A stretch of 37,342 nucleotides of DNA from contig JALVMZ010000269.1 of the NCBI GenBank assembly GCA_027032655.1, positions 1 through 37,342 of the forward strand. The letters are read 5' to 3'. The translations under genes were made by a program, and so were the position numbers. This stretch comes from Desulfobacteraceae bacterium. Lineage in GTDB: Bacteria; Desulfobacterota; DSM-4660; Desulfatiglandales; JALVMZ01. Of this stretch, positions 16,341-23,609 are shown piece after piece. The notes beneath the pieces were generated by a model. The model saw only the letters and a list, made by a program, of their open reading frames with translations. It ran no database searches and was not told the DNA's origin. Each line of letters starts with the position of its first letter. Position 1 is the first letter of the stretch.

Positions 16341-17352
16341 CCTTTAGGACCGATAGGAGTTTCGCTACCTCTTCAAGAGGTAATCTTTCTTCTTTAGAGT
16401 AAAGTGTTTGTAACCTTTGGTTTTCGAGGATTATGGTCTTAATGAGTTCATATTTGTCTTTATCGTCTTTCAAGAAGTAATTGAGAGCAGGAAATGTAGA
16501 TAGGACTAAAGCTTTATATCTATATTCATCTTTTTGCTCAAAGAGGTGGATTGTATATCGTAATAAATAGAATGATATACCTCCCAGAACTAAAGTAATG
16601 GTTGATCTGATCAAAAGGGTGTGGATATTACCGTCTTTAATGGTAAATAGATGTAAAATTGCTTGGTAAGTTTCATAGAAAAGGAAGGATGTAATGGTAA
16701 TAAATATTATAAATATTATTATTTGAAGCCATAGCCACCAAGCTTTTTTGTTGAACTCTTTGCTGAAAACATCAAGACTTTTTCCTCTGATGAGACTTTC
16801 TATCTCCTCTTTAGCTTCTTTGAGTTCCTGGAGTTTTCTTTCAACATAAGCCTTATAAGATTCTATTTGAGCAAGAGCATCTGATTCGGTCATTAAGGAT
16901 TCTTCCACACTACCATGAATTCCTAAAATCTTTAAAAGAACTTTGGAGATTTCTTCCCTATTCTGAGAATGAATGGTTATTGATATTGCGTTAGCACCTT
17001 CTTTGGTATAGACAATCTGAAAACCGTATACTACGTCAGATCGTCCACCTGCGGTATTTTTATCCAGGTTATTAAATATCATTAGTTTGTTGGTAAACGT
17101 TCTGACTGTAGTCAAGACTTCTTCCTGTATCCTGTTTTTAACGTTTTCGTTGGGAATATTTAAGCTCAGGACTATTAAACCTTTTAGAGAACGAATTAGA
17201 TTAAGGAGAAGTTCTTCGTTTCCAGTATGTTTGACGGTAAACTTAAGTCCCTCCTGAGTTACTTCTCTCTTTTCTAAGAGTTCTTTTAAGAAATTGAGTT
17301 TCCTCTGTTCTTCCAGCAACTGGGCTTGCTGGTTATCAGCTGGCCTGTTCAT
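16330..17352 (-). CDS. coiled-coil protein with a C-terminal 2-TM module (possible SLATT-like effector)
   Basis: 340 aa. A coiled coil (AQIESYKAYVERKLQELKEAKEEIESL) is followed by WWLWLQIIIFIIFITITSFLFY and LIRSTITLVLGGISFYLL, then FEQKDEYRYKALVL. Its end overlaps the recombinase start. Confidence 0.55.
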   Translation of the reverse strand: MNRPADNQQAQLLEEQRKLNFLKELLEKREVTQEGLKFTVKHTGNEELLLNLIRSLKGLIVLSLNIPNENVKNRIQEEVLTTVRTFTNKLMIFNNLDKNTAGGRSDVVYGFQIVYTKEGANAISITIHSQNREEISKVLLKILGIHGSVEESLMTESDALAQIESYKAYVERKLQELKEAKEEIESLIRGKSLDVFSKEFNKKAWWLWLQIIIFIIFITITSFLFYETYQAILHLFTIKDGNIHTLLIRSTITLVLGGISFYLLRYTIHLFEQKDEYRYKALVLSTFPALNYFLKDDKDKYELIKTIILENQRLQTLYSKEERLPLEEVAKLLSVLKDGK

Positions 17353-17385
17353 CCTTAGTTCTCCTAAGTAGTTTTTTTCTGAATT

Positions 17386-17413
17386 TACATAGATAAGTTA
17401 TCTTATCTATGTA
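17386..17413. promoter_or_regulatory. perfect 28-bp palindrome TACATAGATAAG-TTAT-CTTATCTATGTA upstream of the 340-aa/recombinase operon
   Basis: Read directly from the sequence. Two 12-bp arms flank a 4-nt centre, 34 nt upstream of the ATG at 17352. It is a candidate operator or recombinase site. Confidence 0.6.
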
Positions 17414-17518
17414 GTATTTTATTGCTACTTTGGTCGTATGTCAATCACCGGTGCTTTTGTAAATATGGAGTTTATACATTTAAACGCTAATAAAAGTTTG
17501 TTGCAAATAAGTAAACTA

Positions 17519-17547
17519 TTGACATTGTTGCTTTGTAGAAATAGAAT
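17519..17547 (+). promoter_or_regulatory. sigma-70-type promoter (TTGACA - 17 nt - TAGAAT)
   Basis: TTGACA lies at 17519-17524 and TAGAAT at 17542-17547, with an exact 17-nt spacer. It is about 80 nt upstream of the ATG at 17630, which has a GAGGAG RBS. Confidence 0.55.
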
Positions 17548-17629
17548 AAAACAAAAGTTGCGTGTCTTAGAGGGAGGTGTGGTTAATATTGACCTCATTG
17601 CGAAAAAGATGAAATAGAGGAGCTTAGTT

Positions 17630-17917
17630 ATGTATGAAATACTTCGTCTCAAACCAAAAGATAGAAAAGCTGATTGGATAGACCGGTTAGTAATCCTTCT
17701 CCGTGGGAGGGAAGTCTTGGAGTTACTTACTACTGGTTTCTTTAAGATTGATGATGGAGAAAATCTGCTCAGAATACGTTTACTTGATGTATTCCCTGAG
17801 GAAGGAACTATCCTACTTCACGTAGATGGCCATGCTCCCGAAGGACGTATAGATGTAAAAAGGCTTTATGAACCAGTAGGAAGTCTGTCTTTCCGTTTAG
17901 GCCAGTTGAGTCTATAA
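17630..17917 (+). CDS. hypothetical 95-aa protein
   Basis: The ORF has a GAGGAG RBS and lies downstream of the consensus-like promoter. No family recognised. Confidence 0.55.
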   Translation: MYEILRLKPKDRKADWIDRLVILLRGREVLELLTTGFFKIDDGENLLRIRLLDVFPEEGTILLHVDGHAPEGRIDVKRLYEPVGSLSFRLGQLSL

Positions 17918-17936
17918 TCCCTAAAGGAGGCTGACT

Positions 17937-18524
17937 ATGGAATGCGTAATTCCTCTCTCTGTTTTAGCTAAGCTTGGCAAATACGGGGTGAAACAGTACA
18001 AGCCCTATAATGATGCCAAGAAGATCCTGCCTGAAAAATATCAGTTAAATGTGACAGAGGACCCAGAGGTAGGCAAGATCATTAAAATAGAAAGTGAGGA
18101 GGACTTTCACAGGTTCTTTACTTACTTTGTTGAAGAGCTCCTGGGTAGGGGGGAAGCTGTTGGCCAGCGGATTACTTATGAGGGCGTTCCTCTGGATAAG
18201 TATGAAAAGCTGTATAGGGAGCTCCTTGAGTGTGAAAGAGACAAGAGTCTTTACTGGGAGAAACTGCAAACGACTGAGAAACTGGCCAGAACCCTTGAGA
18301 AAGAAATAGAGGAGCTCCGCAGGGAAAGAGAGGACCTAAAGAAGGAAAATCAGCAGCTTTTAGACAAGATAGAGGAACTGAAAGAGAAGCAGGAGCGTTT
18401 AGAGCTTACCAGAAAAATTGAAAAACTACTGAAGCTGGCCGAAAGGCTTCCAGAGGGAGAACGAAAAGAGGTTGAAAATCTGGTTAGGGAGCTCCAGGTA
18501 AAACTTAACAAGGAAAGGAAATGA
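17937..18524 (+). CDS. hypothetical 195-aa protein with a long C-terminal coiled coil
   Basis: RBS AAGGAGG. The C-terminal half is heptad-like and E/K/L-rich (LEKEIEELRREREDLKKENQQLLDKIEELKEKQERLEL). Confidence 0.6.
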   Translation: MECVIPLSVLAKLGKYGVKQYKPYNDAKKILPEKYQLNVTEDPEVGKIIKIESEEDFHRFFTYFVEELLGRGEAVGQRITYEGVPLDKYEKLYRELLECERDKSLYWEKLQTTEKLARTLEKEIEELRREREDLKKENQQLLDKIEELKEKQERLELTRKIEKLLKLAERLPEGERKEVENLVRELQVKLNKERK

Positions 18525-18586
18525 AATTAAAGAGATCCCTACCACCAGACAGGTAGTCAGACAGAGTTTCAAAACAACTTGTACTC

Positions 18587-18991
18587 CTATGTTTTTGGTT
18601 TTCTCTTTCTACTGTTTCTATTGTCTGCTTTCTTGCTTCCTGGTTGAGGAGCAATTGTGGGTTCTTCAGATACCTGGACCCTGTAGTAGATTTCTGCTTC
18701 GTCGCAGATTCCGATAACCCTAAAGTTAGCAACAGCTCTACTAAGCATGGAAGCCATCAACCCGGCAGGCAGTAATTTACCTGCCTCGGGCTTCTGTTTT
18801 CCAAAGACTTTATTTAAGGCCTCTTTCATAATATATTTTTTAGTTTCTCCTTTACTAGAGAACTCACGAGGTAATTCTCCCTTCCTATAGACAAGAAAAA
18901 CTTTTGGAGATAATTCCTTAGTGCAAACTTTACGCTTCATCCAATGAACACCAACAGGTATTAGCCCTATGGTTGGTTTGTTCTTAGTCAT
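18587..18991 (-). CDS. hypothetical 134-aa protein with a basic C-terminal tail
   Basis: The ORF overlaps the upstream 70-aa ORF by 8 nt. No family recognised. Confidence 0.5.
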   Translation of the reverse strand: MTKNKPTIGLIPVGVHWMKRKVCTKELSPKVFLVYRKGELPREFSSKGETKKYIMKEALNKVFGKQKPEAGKLLPAGLMASMLSRAVANFRVIGICDEAEIYYRVQVSEEPTIAPQPGSKKADNRNSRKRKPKT

Positions 18992-19196
18992 CTTTACCTA
19001 CCAATTCCGTTTTTTCCAAGTCAAAGATGCTAACGGCCTTTAATTTCTTCATTATTTCCTTGAAAAACTTTTCGGCCTCTTCGGCCGAATTGAAACCAAC
19101 AGTCCATTCTTCTCCTCCTCCACAAAAGTGAATTTGATCGCCAATAAGGACTATTTTTCCCACCTTGATAAGCTTGTTCCCGTTTGCTATCCACAT
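18984..19196 (-). CDS. hypothetical 70-aa protein
   Basis: The ORF has a GGAGG RBS (plus-strand CCTCC at 19204-19208) and is coupled to the 134-aa ORF. Confidence 0.5.
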   Translation of the reverse strand: MWIANGNKLIKVGKIVLIGDQIHFCGGGEEWTVGFNSAEEAEKFFKEIMKKLKAVSIFDLEKTELVGKDD

Positions 19197-19413
19197 GGCT
19201 ACCTCCTTACTTCCAATATCTGTTTACAAATTACTATTCTACTATGTAGCCGCCGGAACTACCTTGCGAGGCCGTTTTACTTTCCTGGAGCTCTAAGAGT
19301 TCAATTTTCTTTCTACACTCACGGAGTTTTCTCTCTGTCGGAAAGTTCCTTTTTCCTCATCTATCTCTTTGAGCTTCTCCTCACGGAGTTCCCTTTCTTT
19401 CTCAAAGTTTGGC

Positions 19414-19920
19414 CTATTTCAGTTTAAGTTTGTTTACTTCAGCCAACTTCTGAAGTTCGTAATGATTCAACTCCCAATAGTTTCCATACTCTATTATGGT
19501 TCCGTCCAGAACGACTATTTCAAACTCTTCTGCGAGGAAATCAGAGGTTTCAAATCCACAACTGTGGAGTGTATATATATGCTTTTTCCGGAGATACTGC
19601 ATAATATTTCCTTCAGGGTTTCTAATGACATCTTCTTCAAATCTTACTGACCAGTTCTTTGTAGAAATGGCTTCAATTTGCAGGCATCTTGGACAGCCAA
19701 TAAGTTTTTGTCTTCCATCGGATATACTTATAAGGTCTTGTGTTATTGATACTTCCAGCTCGTCTATTAATTTGATATCACGTAGTTGTTGAGGTAGAAG
19801 TAGTATGGCCTTGAACAAAGCTTTGGGTTGGGTCAGGAGCTTACCATCCTTGTATGAAGCTTCTTCGCCGAGTTCACGGCAATTAAGGAAAAGAGCTTCA
19901 ATCAGTTCAACCTTCTTCAT
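19414..19920 (-). CDS. hypothetical 168-aa protein (CPRC ... HSC, possible zinc site)
   Basis: The ORF is divergent from the XRE gene. No family recognised. Confidence 0.5.
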   Translation of the reverse strand: MKKVELIEALFLNCRELGEEASYKDGKLLTQPKALFKAILLLPQQLRDIKLIDELEVSITQDLISISDGRQKLIGCPRCLQIEAISTKNWSVRFEEDVIRNPEGNIMQYLRKKHIYTLHSCGFETSDFLAEEFEIVVLDGTIIEYGNYWELNHYELQKLAEVNKLKLK

Positions 19921-20039
19921 GATGCCCCTTAGCAGTTATAGTGATTCCCCTCCTTCTGTTATAACTGGAATGATTGCTAACTCTGAAAATAGCTCACAAT
20001 TGAGCGTTGTCAAGCAAAAATGAGCGATACGGGGCAAAA

Positions 20040-20387
20040 ATGATAGGCAGGCGATTAAAGAAAATCAGGAGAAAGCTTGGTCTTACGCAGAAAGAATTTG
20101 CTACCTCTATAGAAATTTCCGAGGCTACTCTTAGAAGATATGAGTCAGGCCAAAACTTTCCTGATGCGGAAGTTTTGGAAAGGATTGCTGATAAATACGG
20201 AGTTAATATACATTGGCTGGTTACTGGGAAAGGACCAATGTTCTTGAGAGATTCATATAAAAACATTGAGCCAGAGCTCCTTGAGATACTGACTTCTCTG
20301 TCTCCTGAGCATCAAAGAAAGTTGATGGAAATATTGGGGGAACTTTCTGATGTTTTGTGCAGGTTTAAGCGGAAGGAAGAAAAATGA
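20040..20387 (+). CDS. XRE/Cro-CI family helix-turn-helix transcriptional regulator
   Basis: IGRRLKKIRRKLGLTQKEFATSIEISEATLRRYESGQNFPDAEVLERIADKYGVNIHWLVTGKG is a classic HTH_3 pattern. I prefer ATG 20040 to the TTG at 20007 used by the ORF track. Confidence 0.85.
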   Translation: MIGRRLKKIRRKLGLTQKEFATSIEISEATLRRYESGQNFPDAEVLERIADKYGVNIHWLVTGKGPMFLRDSYKNIEPELLEILTSLSPEHQRKLMEILGELSDVLCRFKRKEEK

Positions 20388-21100
20388 CTGATAGCCGATT
20401 TTTTCTTTCCTGCCTAAAATTTCCTCTTGGTCTCCTTCCGGCTGTTGTCTTTGATTTAGGGAGAATTCCAGGAGCCGCAAGATACTCTGTTTCTCGTTTG
20501 ATTATTGTTCTGGTGCACCTCTATTCTGTTGCAAGCTTTGCAGGAAACCGGAGGGTTTCCGTGTCGTATGAGGAGCTCCAGAATGTTTTGTCTCTGGAGA
20601 GCAGAACCAGGGTTCATTCGGTTCTTGCTTTTCTAAGGGAAAGGGGGATATTGACAGGTAAGTTAAGGGAAGGCTTTTTCACCTCTCTTCATCTTCTCCC
20701 TTTGCCTTTGTTACCCAAGGTTTTTCTTAAAGTATTGCCGTCACTTGACAGGATGGATTCCTTCTTCTCTTATCCGGTTTTTCTTACTGTTCTGCCTGTG
20801 GATGTTTATACAAAAGCAGTGTACCTTTATCTGATATCTCGCTCACAGCAAGAAGGCATCCCTTTGAAAGTGTCTTTTGAGGATCTGAAAGGAGTTTTAA
20901 AACTGAGGAAAAAGAAAATTGAGGAGAGCGTTTCCTGGCTTGAGAAAAAGGGACTTATAGAAGTTCGTGTTAGAGATTCCGCTATTTTTGTATCAGGCTT
21001 GAACTTTCGCTGGCCTAAGGGATTGCTCAGGAGGAGCCGTGAACTGTATCCGGGGCATCTCTTTTTCCGAGTATTTACCGGAGGGAAGAATGCAGATTGA
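20384..21100 (+). CDS. tandem winged-helix DNA-binding protein (possible plasmid replication/maintenance protein)
   Basis: 238 aa with an ATGA overlap with the XRE gene. It has two similar segments, VSYEELQNVLSLESRTRVHSVLAFLRERGILTG and VSFEDLKGVLKLRKKKIEESVSWLEKKGLIEV. The function is inferred. Confidence 0.5.
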   Translation: MTDSRFFLSCLKFPLGLLPAVVFDLGRIPGAARYSVSRLIIVLVHLYSVASFAGNRRVSVSYEELQNVLSLESRTRVHSVLAFLRERGILTGKLREGFFTSLHLLPLPLLPKVFLKVLPSLDRMDSFFSYPVFLTVLPVDVYTKAVYLYLISRSQQEGIPLKVSFEDLKGVLKLRKKKIEESVSWLEKKGLIEVRVRDSAIFVSGLNFRWPKGLLRRSRELYPGHLFFRVFTGGKNAD

Positions 21101-21353
21101 TAAGAACTTTGAAAACTTCCTCTTACGTAGAATCGCTGAGTTAAGGTTACCTATTGATGTTTCTATAGGTCTTGGAAGAGTTAAGCGCAATGTAAGAATA
21201 AGGGATGTAGACGTTGATGGGAGACAACTTGTTCTCTCAGATAGAACGGTAGTTAAGTTTCCGGATATAAAAGCTCTGCGGTTCAGGAAAGGGATAGGGA
21301 GGAAGTCTGGGCTAATCCTCTTCTTCTTAAAGCAATGTTCAGCGACGGCGTAA
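21090..21353 (+). CDS. small Sm/Hfq-like protein (87 aa)
   Basis: ATG at 21090 follows GGAGGG. FENFLLRRIAELRLPIDVSIGLGRVKRNVRIRDVDVDGRQLVLSDRTVVKFPDIKAL resembles the Hfq pattern of an N-terminal helix plus Sm1/Sm2 strands. The ORF track starts it earlier, at 21039. Confidence 0.45.
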   Translation: MQIDKNFENFLLRRIAELRLPIDVSIGLGRVKRNVRIRDVDVDGRQLVLSDRTVVKFPDIKALRFRKGIGRKSGLILFFLKQCSATA

Positions 21354-22600
21354 GCCGTTGTTCCGGTTGAGTGCTGAATATAAATTAACTGGAAAGACTG
21401 AGGAATAAGCAAATGCTATACGTTTACAGGTTCAGGCTTTATCCTAAAAAGGAGCAGGTAGAATTTCTGAACCGTCAGATAGGGCATTGCAGGTTTGTTT
21501 ACAACAAGCTCCTTGAAATAGCAAAGAAGGATTACGAAGCAGAGGGTAAAAAGTGGAATTACTACGAATATAAGAAGCTCCTGCCTAAACTGAAAGGGAA
21601 GTTTCCCTTTCTCAAAGAAGCTAACAGTCAATCACTCCAAGAGGCTGTAAAGTGGCTTGATAGAGCGTTCAAAAACTTCTTTGAAGGAGTAGCTGGATTT
21701 CCAAAATTCAAGAGCAAAAAGAGAGTAAACAGTGTATCAATACCTCAGCACTTCCGCATAGAAGGAAACGAAATCAAAATACCGAAACTCACAACACCGA
21801 TAAAGTTCAAAAAGCATAGAGATGTAGAGGGAAAGATAAAAAGCGTTTCTATAACCAAACTTCCATCGGGCAGGTTCTACCTCAACGTTCTCGTTGACAG
21901 AGAGATAGAACCACTACCGGAGACGGACAAAATAGTAGCGATAGATGTAGGACTTACCCACTTCTGCACTCTGTCAACGGGTGAGAAGGTAGAAAACCCA
22001 AGGAACCTGTTAAAAACAGAGAAGAAACTCAAAAAGCTCCAAAAGAAACTCTCAAGGAAAGTAAAAGGTAGCAATAGATACCTTAAGCTCCAGAGAAAGA
22101 TAGCGAAACTTCACGAGAAGGTAGTAAACCAAAGGAACGATTTTCTCCACAAGCTAAGCAAGAGGATAATCGGCGATAACCAAGCCGTGATAGTAGAGGA
22201 CTTAAACGTCAAGGGATTACTCAAGAACAGCAACCTTGCCAAACACATAGCAGATGCGAGCTGGAGGAGGTTCATTTCCTATCTGGAGTATAAAGCGAAG
22301 CTCTACGGAAGGAAACTCATCAAAGTAAACCCGTTCTATCCCTCTTCAAAGCTCTGCTCTAAATGTGGATACAAGGACGAGAACCTCAAACTGTCTGATA
22401 GGAAGTGGAAGTGTCCCAACTGTGGAACGGAGCATGATAGGGACTACAATGCAACCCTAAACCTGCTGAAGGAAGGACTGAAAATACTAAAGGGGTCGCT
22501 CACCTTACGAGCGGTAGGGCTGGAACAGCCCGAACTTACGCCCGTGGAGAGTGCAGTTGCACTCGTTGAAGCGGGAAGCTCCTCTTTGCAATGAGGAGCA
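21354..22600 (+). mobile_element. IS200/IS605-family element carrying only tnpB (IS1341-like); ends approximate
   Basis: Contains an intact tnpB and no tnpA. A hairpin lies at the left flank (21341-21362) and two hairpins lie at the tnpB 3' end (22549-22564 and 22578-22599). The exact LE/RE positions cannot be fixed without a comparison sequence. Confidence 0.55.
21413..22594 (+). CDS. tnpB: TnpB (IS200/IS605 OrfB) RNA-guided endonuclease
   Basis: 393 aa starting MLYVYRFRLYPKKEQ. The RuvC triad appears as AIDVGL (D), VIVEDLNVKG (E) and HDRDYNATLN (D). The zinc finger is CSKCGY...CPNCGTEH. The C-terminus ...VEAGSSSLQ is typical of TnpB. Confidence 0.9.
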   Translation: MLYVYRFRLYPKKEQVEFLNRQIGHCRFVYNKLLEIAKKDYEAEGKKWNYYEYKKLLPKLKGKFPFLKEANSQSLQEAVKWLDRAFKNFFEGVAGFPKFKSKKRVNSVSIPQHFRIEGNEIKIPKLTTPIKFKKHRDVEGKIKSVSITKLPSGRFYLNVLVDREIEPLPETDKIVAIDVGLTHFCTLSTGEKVENPRNLLKTEKKLKKLQKKLSRKVKGSNRYLKLQRKIAKLHEKVVNQRNDFLHKLSKRIIGDNQAVIVEDLNVKGLLKNSNLAKHIADASWRRFISYLEYKAKLYGRKLIKVNPFYPSSKLCSKCGYKDENLKLSDRKWKCPNCGTEHDRDYNATLNLLKEGLKILKGSLTLRAVGLEQPELTPVESAVALVEAGSSSLQ

Positions 22601-22620
22601 GTTCACGGAGATTCGCCGTC
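22440..22620 (+). ncRNA. putative omega-RNA (reRNA) scaffold overlapping the tnpB 3' end; limits approximate
   Basis: Established TnpB biology places the guide RNA over the 3' end of tnpB and the right end. Two perfect stems lie there: GAGTGC-AGTT-GCACTC (22549-22564) and GCTCCTC-N8-GAGGAGC (22578-22599), the second spanning the TGA stop. Confidence 0.4.
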
Positions 22621-22817
22621 TTCTTTTGAAAAGTTTGAAATCTCCGGTTCCTTGTACGTTTGTTATGAGAGATGGGAGAGAGTTTACAGGAATTCCTTCT
22701 ATAAAGGACCTCAGGAGAAATAGTTATACTCTAAGGCTGTTTCTTTCCGATAGGGGAAACTCGTCCCACAAAGTGTTTATCCTTGCTCATGCTATAGAGG
22801 ATTTTTGGGAGACATAG
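22551..22817 (+). CDS. small Sm/Hfq-like protein; its 5' end lies inside the tnpB 3' end, so the start is uncertain
   Basis: EEQFTEIRRLLLKSLKSPVPCTFVMRDGREFTGIPSIKDL..YTLRLFLSD...HKVFILAHAIEDF resembles Hfq (VPVSIYLVNGIKLQGQI...YKHAIS). The only in-frame starts upstream of the helix (GTG 22551, TTG 22557, TTG 22566) are within tnpB. Confidence 0.4.
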   Translation: MQLHSLKREAPLCNEEQFTEIRRLLLKSLKSPVPCTFVMRDGREFTGIPSIKDLRRNSYTLRLFLSDRGNSSHKVFILAHAIEDFWET

Positions 22818-22975
22818 CCGAAGAGCTTCTTTGTCACCGCTAAATTTATACAACACCTTATATAAAAGGGAAATAGCCTTCACTGGGATGAACCCAATTT
22901 GTTTGTGTAGTTGTGTTGTTTCTTTTTTAGAACTTACGTTGTATAAAATTAACTAAACCGCCTTAGGAGAAAGAG

Positions 22976-23272
22976 TTGAAAAGTAATAGGGAAAAACGGG
23001 TAGGAAGACGGATAAGGCCTGAAAGCCTTAAGTTAGAGGAGTTTCTCAAAGAGGAGATAAAGAAGGAATTTGCCAAGCACAACGTTATCCGTATTTTGTG
23101 CGACGAGAGGGGCTGGTCTCGTTCTGACTATGACCGAATCTTTAAGTGGCTTGACAACTATAACAGACGGGTGGAGATAGGGCTTCTCATTGACGCCTTG
23201 TGTGCAGTTGGAGCCGATTGGAAGGAAATATTCAAGAGGGCCCTGGAGAGGAGAGGAGGCGACTGCAAGTGA
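22976..23272 (+). CDS. hypothetical 98-aa protein
   Basis: TTG start follows AGGAGAAAGAG. The sequence is K/E/R-rich. No family recognised. Confidence 0.45.
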   Translation: MKSNREKRVGRRIRPESLKLEEFLKEEIKKEFAKHNVIRILCDERGWSRSDYDRIFKWLDNYNRRVEIGLLIDALCAVGADWKEIFKRALERRGGDCK

Positions 23273-23279
23273 GGTTTTC

Positions 23280-23501
23280 TTACGCTTTGTCCTCTGAGGG
23301 CATCAGAGACTCCTCAATCAGTCTATTAGCAACTTCAAGTGCTTTTTGTTTTGCAAGTTTCAGCAGTTCCTCGTGATTCGGCATGTGCTTAAGGGATTTA
23401 ACAAATGCTATGGTTTCTTCAAAAATTCGTTCTCTTTCAGATTCTAAATATGCTACCTTAGTTATAAAGCGTTTCATACTCTCGGTTAGCTCTTCTGTCA
23501 C
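23280..23501 (-). CDS. hypothetical 73-aa helical protein
   Basis: GTG start is preceded by GGAGGAGG on the minus strand. The ORF is convergent with the 98-aa ORF. Confidence 0.5.
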   Translation of the reverse strand: MTEELTESMKRFITKVAYLESERERIFEETIAFVKSLKHMPNHEELLKLAKQKALEVANRLIEESLMPSEDKA

Positions 23502-23609
23502 AACCTCCTCCAGGGCTTTAGGATAGAGCTAATTATAAGCTGCCTACAGTAAAACTACTTGCAATCCTGTTATACAGGAGTATTTTCTTTAGTTAAAGAG
23601 AGGTGAGGA

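Noticed and set aside
17425-17652. 75-aa minus-strand ORF in the 17353-17629 intergenic region
   Set aside because: It covers the consensus-like plus-strand promoter and the start of the 95-aa gene. It is very A+T-rich with low-complexity I/F/L content and no RBS.
19197-19413. Purine-rich (minus-strand) stretch that translates as a K/E-rich coiled-coil-like peptide after the 168-aa gene
   Set aside because: That frame is offset from the 168-aa ORF, is bounded by stops and has no ATG/GTG/TTG until its last 10 codons. The plus-strand ORFs there (19128-19427, 19369-19650) are pyrimidine-rich shadows. I treat it as non-coding spacer or a decayed remnant.
20993-21412. 139-aa minus-strand ORF
   Set aside because: It is antisense to the end of the winged-helix gene and to the Sm-like gene. 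It runs up to the tnpB start and has no RBS or recognisable motif.
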